Shown here: one piece after another, positions 25,522-32,000 of the stretch
How the letters are laid out: each line of letters opens with the position of its first letter
Position numbering within the stretch: the stretch's first letter is position 1
Source: Edaphobacter aggregans
GTDB taxonomy: Bacteria > Acidobacteriota > Terriglobia > Terriglobales > Acidobacteriaceae
DNA: 32,000 bases
Assembly (NCBI RefSeq): GCF_003945235.1
Contig: NZ_RSDW01000001.1
Location: 3,330,001-3,362,000, forward strand
Direction: 5' to 3'
Translations under genes and position numbers: made by a program
The notes under the pieces: model-generated
Told to the model about the DNA's origin: nothing
What the model saw: only the letters and a program-made list of their open reading frames with translations
Database searches by the model: none

Positions 25522-25553
25522 CCCCGCACGCGCTCGAACGTGCGGGGTTTTCT
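25522..25553 (+). terminator. Rho-independent terminator after the receptor gene
   Basis: A perfect 9-bp GC-rich stem pairs CCCCGCACG (25522-25530) with CGTGCGGGG (25539-25547) around an 8-nt loop. It is followed by TTTTCTGTT and begins 17 nt after the stop codon. Confidence 0.8.
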
Positions 25554-25619
25554 GTTACCGGCATCAAACCCTAAATCAGTTAGGCTCCGGCGCTGCCCGG
25601 CGAATGGATGGTTCCAGCT

Positions 25620-28600
25620 ATGCGATTGACACACTTCTCATGCTCGCCTCGTCGTACGACCAAATCTTGCCGTCGGTCTTTCGGATCTGTTGGGATCCTG
25701 TCCGCAGTCGCAGCAACTTTGCTCCCCATCGCCGCTTATAGCCAGACAATGAAGGCTCCCGACATCACAAAGGCTCCAACTTTGTATGTCGTTCCGTACG
25801 CGCATCTCGACACGCAATGGCGTTGGGAGATGCCGCAGACGATCAGCGAGTATCTGCTAAAGACGATGCGCGTGAACTTCGACTACATGGATAAATATCC
25901 GCACTACGTCTTCAACTGGACCGGCTCCAATCGCTACCGTCTGATGAAAGAGTATTTTCCCGCCGACTACGCCCGGATGCAGAAGTACGCCGCCGAGGGA
26001 CGCTGGTTTCCAGCCGGCTCATCTGTCGAAGAAGGCGACGTCAATCTTCCCAGCGCCGAAGGAATCTTTCGCCAGGTCCTCTATGGCAACGAATACTTCC
26101 GCAAAGACTTCGGCAAGGCAAGCGCAGAGTACATGCTGCCCGACTGCTTCGGTTTTCCTGCATCGCTCCCCAGCATCCTTGCTCACGCAGGCGTAAAGGG
26201 CTTCTCGACACAAAAACTCAACGCGCAATGGCAGCCAGCCCCGAAGATCGGCGGCCCCGATTCACCTGAGAAGACACCAGAGGGCATTCCATTCAACGTC
26301 GGACTCTGGGTTGGACCGGACGGAAGCCACGTACTCGCAGCGTTGAATCCCGGCGGCTACGGAAGCAATGTTTATACCGATCTCAGCAAGCCGTCCACGC
26401 AGTCTATAGTTTCTGCGCCGCAACTCACCAGCGAGGAGCGCTCACGGCTCACTCCAGCACAGCAAGTTGCGCTTGCCCGCCCGCGCTCTGTCGAACCGAA
26501 CTGGGTCGAGCGCATCGACCGCAACGGCAAGGTCACCGGCGTCTTCGCCGACTACCACTACGTCGGCACTGGAGACATCGGCGGTGCGACCCAGGAATCA
26601 ACGGTAAAGCTGCTCGAAGCTATAGTGACCAAGAGCGAGACCACATTGCCTGCGCCACCACGCGGCGCATTTGCGATGGGCGAGACACCAACCGCCGAGC
26701 CCAGCGGGCCGCCGGTCAAAGTAGGTGAAGGCCCCGTGAACGTAGTCATAGCCACTGCGGATCAGATGTTCAACGACATCCAACCCGGGATGGAATCGCG
26801 CATGCCGCAATACCAGGGCGATCTCGAGCTCATCAATCACTCCGCCGGCTCACTCACGTCGCAGGCGTATCACAAGCGTTGGATCACCAAGAACGAGCTC
26901 CTCGCGGATGCCGCCGAAAAATCTTCCATTGCAGCACAGTGGCTCGGAGCCCGAACCTATCCGCAGCAACGGCTCAACGATGCATGGACGCTGGAACTGA
27001 GCGGCCACTTCCACGATATCGGCGCTGGAACCGCAACGCCACGCGCGTATCAGTATGCCTGGAACGACGACATTATCGCGGCGAACCAATTCGCCGGTGT
27101 CCTCACAGATGCAACCGAGGCAATCACCTCCGGCCTCAACACCCAGACCAAGGGAGTACCAATCGTCGTCTTCAACCCTCTCAATATCGAGCGCGAAGAT
27201 CTGGTTGAAGCCAACGTCACCTTCCCGAATGGCACTCCGAAGGCAGTGCGCGTCTCTGGCCCAGACGGAAGAGAAGTTCCCTCGCAGCTCACAGGCGGCA
27301 AAGTCCTCTTTGTAGCGAAAGCCCCCTCCGTCGGTTATGCCATCTACGATGTGCAGCCCGCCGAAACCACCAACACGCATTCGTCGCTCAAAGTAACGGA
27401 CTCATCTCTCGAAAATGATCGCTATCGCGTCCGTCTGGATCAGAACGGCGACGTCTCCAGCATCTACGACAAAGCCTTGAACAAGGAGTTGCTGTCAGGC
27501 CCGGTCCGGCTGGCCGTCTCCACCGACATACCCAAAATTTATCCAGCATGGAATATGGAGTTCGAGCAGGAACAAGCAGCGCCGCGCGCCTATGTCAGCG
27601 GCCCTGCGAAAGTTCGCATCAAAGAGAATGGCCCCGTTCGAGTCTCACTAGAAGTAACACGCAATACCGAAGGCTCAACATTCGTTCAAACTATAAGCCT
27701 CTCCGCAGGCGATGCCGGCAATCGCGTCGAATTCGGCAACGCAATCGACTGGAAGACTCTCGCCGCAAACCTTAAAGCATCGATCCCCCTTGCCGCATCG
27801 AATGAAAACGCCACCTACAACTGGGGCGTAGGAACCATTCAGCGACCCAATGCCAACGAGCGCCAGTTCGAAGTCGCTTCCCATCGATGGATCGATCTCA
27901 CCGACAAAAATGGAAGCTTCGGCACCACCATCCTGACCGATTGCAAGAACGGATCAGATAAGCCCAACGACAACACTCTTCGCGTCACTCTCATGCGTTC
28001 GCCCGGAATGCAGCCTTCAACCAACGGCCGCCCGCAAGCCTACACTGATCAGGCAAATCAAGACTGGGGCCATCACGAATTCGTATTCGCTCTTGCAGGT
28101 CACGCGGACGACTGGCGCAAATCTCAAACAGACTGGCAAGCCTACCGGCTCAACGATCCTCTGATCGCTTTCGAAGCGACGAAGCACTCCGGCACACTCG
28201 GCAAGAACTTTTCATTGATGCACCTCGACAATCCTCGCATCCGCGTACTCGCGCTCAAGAAGGCGGAAGCCAGCGACGAAATCATTCTCCGCATGGTCGA
28301 ACTCGACGGTAAGCCAGCCCAGGACGTGCGAGTCTCCTTCGCCGCGCCAGTTACCGCAGCCCGTGAAGTCAACGCCCAGGAACAGCCCATCGGATCGGCG
28401 ACCATCACTGACGGCGCGCTCGCCACATCGTTCACCGCCTACCAGCCACGTACATTCGCGCTGCGCCTCGGCGCGCCAAGTTCGAAGCTTGCCTCCACAC
28501 AATCGCAACCGGTAGCGCTCAACTACGATCTAGCCGTCGCCAGCAACGACGACACCAAAACCGAAGGCGTCGGCTTCGACGGCAAAGGCGACGCAATCCC

Positions 28601-29258
28601 AGCCGAGATGCTACCCACAACCATCAACTATCACGATGTCCGGTTCGATCTAGCGCCGGCCAAAACGGGATCGTCCAACGCAGTTGTCGCGAGGGGTCAA
28701 ACAATCAACCTCCCTGCCGGTCACCACAACCGGGTCTACGTTCTGGCAGCATCGTCCGATGGAGACCAGTCAGCAGAGTTCAAAGTTGGCGATAAAGCCG
28801 TCAATCTAAACATCCAGGACTGGGGCGGCTTCATCGGCCAATGGGACACGCGTATCTGGAAGAGCGCACCCGAACGCGACTGGGCGATCTCAGCAAACCA
28901 CGCCGCGTGGCCTCCCGCCGACGAGCAGCAGCGAGAGGCACGCCCACAGTCTCCCCGCTACCCCGAGGACTACGTCGGCCTTGAAGCTGGCTACATCAAA
29001 CCAGCAAACGTCGCCTGGTACGCCTCCCACCACCACACTGCTACCGGACTAAACCAGCCGTATCAGTACTCCTATCTCTTCGCCTATCCAATGGAAGTCT
29101 CAGAAAACACAAAGACACTGACCCTACCCAACAACGAAAAAATCCGCATTCTAGCCATCTCCGTCGCCCAGGAGGAGCCCGGACTGATTCCGGCGCAACC
29201 GCTCTACGACACTCTGAGCCACACAAACCCAACCAATACCGCCAAATTGGCACGCTAA
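25620..29258 (+). CDS. Glycoside hydrolase family 38 alpha-mannosidase (secreted) with an extra C-terminal module
   Basis: The GH38 N-terminal metal-site motif is YVVPYAHLDTQWRWEM (compare HxDxxWxW of AMS1-type enzymes). The nucleophile context is EYMLPDCFGFPASLP. The signal peptide is SVGILSAVAATLLPIAAYSQ. ATG at 25620 is preferred over 25608. Confidence 0.85.
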   Translation: MRLTHFSCSPRRTTKSCRRSFGSVGILSAVAATLLPIAAYSQTMKAPDITKAPTLYVVPYAHLDTQWRWEMPQTISEYLLKTMRVNFDYMDKYPHYVFNWTGSNRYRLMKEYFPADYARMQKYAAEGRWFPAGSSVEEGDVNLPSAEGIFRQVLYGNEYFRKDFGKASAEYMLPDCFGFPASLPSILAHAGVKGFSTQKLNAQWQPAPKIGGPDSPEKTPEGIPFNVGLWVGPDGSHVLAALNPGGYGSNVYTDLSKPSTQSIVSAPQLTSEERSRLTPAQQVALARPRSVEPNWVERIDRNGKVTGVFADYHYVGTGDIGGATQESTVKLLEAIVTKSETTLPAPPRGAFAMGETPTAEPSGPPVKVGEGPVNVVIATADQMFNDIQPGMESRMPQYQGDLELINHSAGSLTSQAYHKRWITKNELLADAAEKSSIAAQWLGARTYPQQRLNDAWTLELSGHFHDIGAGTATPRAYQYAWNDDIIAANQFAGVLTDATEAITSGLNTQTKGVPIVVFNPLNIEREDLVEANVTFPNGTPKAVRVSGPDGREVPSQLTGGKVLFVAKAPSVGYAIYDVQPAETTNTHSSLKVTDSSLENDRYRVRLDQNGDVSSIYDKALNKELLSGPVRLAVSTDIPKIYPAWNMEFEQEQAAPRAYVSGPAKVRIKENGPVRVSLEVTRNTEGSTFVQTISLSAGDAGNRVEFGNAIDWKTLAANLKASIPLAASNENATYNWGVGTIQRPNANERQFEVASHRWIDLTDKNGSFGTTILTDCKNGSDKPNDNTLRVTLMRSPGMQPSTNGRPQAYTDQANQDWGHHEFVFALAGHADDWRKSQTDWQAYRLNDPLIAFEATKHSGTLGKNFSLMHLDNPRIRVLALKKAEASDEIILRMVELDGKPAQDVRVSFAAPVTAAREVNAQEQPIGSATITDGALATSFTAYQPRTFALRLGAPSSKLASTQSQPVALNYDLAVASNDDTKTEGVGFDGKGDAIPAEMLPTTINYHDVRFDLAPAKTGSSNAVVARGQTINLPAGHHNRVYVLAASSDGDQSAEFKVGDKAVNLNIQDWGGFIGQWDTRIWKSAPERDWAISANHAAWPPADEQQREARPQSPRYPEDYVGLEAGYIKPANVAWYASHHHTATGLNQPYQYSYLFAYPMEVSENTKTLTLPNNEKIRILAISVAQEEPGLIPAQPLYDTLSHTNPTNTAKLAR

Positions 29259-29335
29259 TACAGGTGCCAGTATGATTTCCAGATGTTGTTCGGCAGAGTC
29301 AAATGACTTGCAGAGCAACGTAAGGAGATAACTAG

Positions 29336-32000
29336 TTGCAAATACGTTGTGGGTCCTCGCTTTCTTTGGCATTGGCATCGATGATTGTGTTCGCACCACT
29401 CTCTGCCGCAGCAAAACCAACCGCTCCCGAACCTGTCATCGTAGCCTCTGGCTGGCAGTTACAGGACGCAGCCAGAGTGCCTCAATCAGGCGGAGAGGTC
29501 GCCGCTGCTACCTTCAACCCAGCCGGCTGGTACCCCGCCACCGTTCCCGGCACTATCCTTACAACACTCGTCAACAACAAGGTCTACGCAGAGCCTCTCT
29601 ACGGAGACAACAACCGCCCGGAAAAGATTCCCGAGAGCCTGAACCGTACCTCCTACTGGTACAGAACAGTAGTCACGATTCCCCAGGCCTACGCGGGCAA
29701 ACACATCTGGCTCAACTTCGACGGCATCAACTACTCTGCCTCCGTCTGGGTTAACGGTGCAGAGGTCGGCACCACGCGCGGAGCGTTCATCCGCGGCAAA
29801 TACGATATCTCCTACAACGTAAAGCCCGGCAAGAAGGCCGTGATCGCCGTGCTCGTATCACCGCAACCTCACCCCGGAGTCCCGCACGAACATACCCTGA
29901 CAAACGGTGTAGGCCTGAACGGCGGCATCACCGCCATCGACGGCCCAACCTTCCTCTCCACCATCGGCTGGGATTGGCTCCCCGCCATGCGCGATCGAGA
30001 TACTGGTATCTGGCAAAAGGTCTTCCTCTCCGCCACCGGCCCCGTGCTGATCAAGAACCCGCTCGTCACCACCGATCTCCCCTTACCGAAGACCGACTCC
30101 ACCGACGTCGCCATCCAGGCCACCGTCGAGAACATAACCGACCAGCCGCAGAAGGGCATCCTGAAGGGAAGCATCGACAAAATCGCCTTCCAACAGCCCG
30201 TCGAACTAGCCCCGCATAGCACGCAACTAGTCAGCTTCGATCCCAAAACCACGCCCGTCCTCCACATCAATCAGCCGAAGCTCTGGTGGCCCAACGGTTA
30301 TGGCCCGCAAAATCTCTACAAACTTCACCTCACCTTCGAGCAACAGAACAAACCCTCCGACACGCAGGACGTAAGCTTCGGCGTCCGCAAGATCACCTAC
30401 TCCGTTCCCGACTCCGACAACCTCACCATCTCCGTCAACGGTGTCCGCGTCTTCATTCGCGGCGGCAACTGGGGACTCGACGAAGCCATGAAGCGCATCC
30501 CACGCGAGCGTCTCGAAGCCAAGATCCGTCTGCACAAGCTGGCCAACCTCAATCTGATCCGCAACTGGGTCGGCCAAAGCACCAGCCAGGACTTTTACGA
30601 CCTCTGCGACAAATACGGCATCCTCCTCTGGGACGAATTCTTCCAGCCCAATCCCAGTGATGGGCCCAATCCAACCGATCTCGACACCTACATCGCCAAC
30701 GTCCGCGACAAGATCGTCCGCTTCCGCAACCATCCCTCCATCGCTGTCTGGTGCGCCCGCAACGAAGGCTTTCCACCCAAGGAGATCGACGACCGTCTCC
30801 GTGCCCTCATGGCCGAGCTGGAACCCACGCGCATGTATCAACCCAGCTCCACCGAGGGCCACGGCGTCCACTCCGCAGGGCCTTATCACTGGCGAACTCC
30901 CCGCGAGTTCTACGTCATCCATAACGACTTCTTCAAGACCGAAACCGGCAGCATGTCTGTTCCCACGCTTGAATCTATCCACGGCATGATCCCCAAAAGC
31001 GACTGGGAGACCATTACCGACAACTGGGCCGAACGCGACTTCGCCAAAGGCGCACAGGGCGGAGACATCTACCCCAGCATCATCGCCAGCCGCTACGGCA
31101 CCATCGCCAACCTCGCCGACTTCGTTCGCAAATCGCAACTCGCCAACTACGAAGCCTTCCGCGCCATGTACGAAGGCCGCAACGCACAGCTCTTCCATCC
31201 CGCCACAGGTGTCATCACCTGGATGAGCAACCCCGCACAGCCTAGCTTCGTCTGGCAGATCTATCACTACGACCTCGAGCCCAACTCCTCGCTCTTCGCC
31301 GTCAAGAAAGCCTCTGAGCTGATACACATTCAGTTCAACGAAGCAACCAGCGAACTCCAGGTCATCAACAACCTTCCCGATGCACTCGTCGGCGCGACCG
31401 CACACACCTTCATCTACAACCTCGACGGCACCATCGCCTATCAACACTCTGACAAGGTCACCGCGCAACCCGACACCGCGACGACCCTCGGCCCAGTTGC
31501 ATTCCCAACGACTCTCTCCCCCGTCCACTTCCTGAAGCTCGAACTCTACGACAACGACGGCAAACTTCTCTCCGACAACTTCTACTGGCGCGCCCAACCC
31601 GAGCATCAGGACGACCTTACAGCCCTCGGCAAGCTGCCTACCGTCAATCTCGAAGCACAGGTTCAGCGTAAGGACGCAGCCGGCAAGGCCCTCCTGACCG
31701 TGACCTTGCACAACCCATCGAAGAACCTCGCCCTCATGTCCCATCTCCAGCTACGCCGCCGCTCAGGAGACCGCGTTCTTCCCGTCTACTACAGCGACAA
31801 CTACATCTCGCTTGTCCCCAACGAAACCAAAACCATAACCATCGAAGCCGACCAGAAAGCTCTCAAGGGCGAAGACGCTCTGATCGCAGTCGATGGCTGG
31901 AACATCTCAGTTGCGCCAACATCCGCCGCCGGAGTCGCGATCGCACCCAACGTCGATGCCCAGCCCGATCACTGGCCAGCCACAGGACTCCCCTTCCAGA
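29336..32000 (+). CDS. Glycoside hydrolase family 2 protein (beta-mannosidase or exo-beta-D-glucosaminidase-like), 3' end outside the window
   Basis: This gene is not in the supplied ORF track because the frame stays open to the window end. I translated it by hand. The TTG start at 29336 lies 8 nt after AAGGAG and directly after an in-frame TAG. The signal peptide is MQIRCGSSLSLALASMIVFAPLSAAA. GH2 sugar-binding-domain style sequence follows (GWYPATVPGTILTTLVNNKVY, HIWLNFDGINYSASVWVNGAEVG). The acid/base motif is HPSIAVWCARNEGFPP and the candidate nucleophile is FFKTETGSMS. ATG at 29381 is an alternative start. Confidence 0.85.
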   Translation, partial: MQIRCGSSLSLALASMIVFAPLSAAAKPTAPEPVIVASGWQLQDAARVPQSGGEVAAATFNPAGWYPATVPGTILTTLVNNKVYAEPLYGDNNRPEKIPESLNRTSYWYRTVVTIPQAYAGKHIWLNFDGINYSASVWVNGAEVGTTRGAFIRGKYDISYNVKPGKKAVIAVLVSPQPHPGVPHEHTLTNGVGLNGGITAIDGPTFLSTIGWDWLPAMRDRDTGIWQKVFLSATGPVLIKNPLVTTDLPLPKTDSTDVAIQATVENITDQPQKGILKGSIDKIAFQQPVELAPHSTQLVSFDPKTTPVLHINQPKLWWPNGYGPQNLYKLHLTFEQQNKPSDTQDVSFGVRKITYSVPDSDNLTISVNGVRVFIRGGNWGLDEAMKRIPRERLEAKIRLHKLANLNLIRNWVGQSTSQDFYDLCDKYGILLWDEFFQPNPSDGPNPTDLDTYIANVRDKIVRFRNHPSIAVWCARNEGFPPKEIDDRLRALMAELEPTRMYQPSSTEGHGVHSAGPYHWRTPREFYVIHNDFFKTETGSMSVPTLESIHGMIPKSDWETITDNWAERDFAKGAQGGDIYPSIIASRYGTIANLADFVRKSQLANYEAFRAMYEGRNAQLFHPATGVITWMSNPAQPSFVWQIYHYDLEPNSSLFAVKKASELIHIQFNEATSELQVINNLPDALVGATAHTFIYNLDGTIAYQHSDKVTAQPDTATTLGPVAFPTTLSPVHFLKLELYDNDGKLLSDNFYWRAQPEHQDDLTALGKLPTVNLEAQVQRKDAAGKALLTVTLHNPSKNLALMSHLQLRRRSGDRVLPVYYSDNYISLVPNETKTITIEADQKALKGEDALIAVDGWNISVAPTSAAGVAIAPNVDAQPDHWPATGLPFQ

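Noticed and set aside
30227-31744. 505-aa ORF on the minus strand (MGHEGEVLRWVVQGHG...)
   Set aside because: It lies entirely antisense to the well-supported GH2 gene. It has low-complexity Gly/Val/Glu/Ala/Asp composition and no start context. It is explained by the extreme C-ending codon bias of the sense gene, which removes antisense stops, so it is a shadow ORF.
1-32000. Scan for CRISPR repeats, tRNA/rRNA genes, IS elements or transposases, integrases, toxin-antitoxin pairs and defence-system genes
   Set aside because: No spaced direct repeats, cloverleaf-like segments, terminal inverted repeats or recognisable mobile or defence protein motifs appeared in any frame. All long ORFs are accounted for by housekeeping, efflux and carbohydrate genes.

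Overview
This is a moderately GC-rich chromosomal window. Its gene content points to an Acidobacteriota (Terriglobia-like) genome: a carboxypeptidase-regulatory-domain TonB-dependent receptor with no SusD partner, glycoside hydrolases and an HME-RND efflux pump. That taxonomic call is inference only. There are four blocks. (1) 21-8851 (+) holds the distal half of an NADH:quinone oxidoreductase operon in the order nuoH-J-K-L-M-M'-N. It has two tandem NuoM paralogues, no nuoI between H and J, and a long (701 aa) NuoL. (2) 8878-14866 (-) holds a czcCBA-type heavy-metal RND efflux operon led by a small membrane-anchored His/Cys-rich ORF. (3) 15099-20667 (+) holds a pentose/deoxypentose cassette: a DMT/GRP-type sugar permease, a PfkB ribokinase-family kinase, a long eukaryote-like deoxyribose-phosphate aldolase, and a 796-aa aldehyde dehydrogenase with a degenerate second ALDH-like module. 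(4) 20680-32000 holds a LacI-family regulator divergent from a TonB-dependent receptor, a GH38 alpha-mannosidase and a GH2 hydrolase. The GH2 gene runs off the window end and is therefore missing from the supplied ORF track. I saw no tRNA or rRNA genes, CRISPR arrays, IS elements or transposases, integrases, phage genes or recognisable defence systems. Nothing here is convincingly a brand-new system. The most unusual items are the 2M-type complex I membrane arm, the small metal-ligand-rich ORF heading the czc operon, the fused ALDH pseudo-dimer architecture, and a marked codon and strand-composition shift in the GH38/GH2 block. The 2M arm shows an apparent lateral-helix extension in NuoL and a Lys-to-Leu change in the extra NuoM. 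All calls come from reading the translations and sequence by eye; no searches were run.
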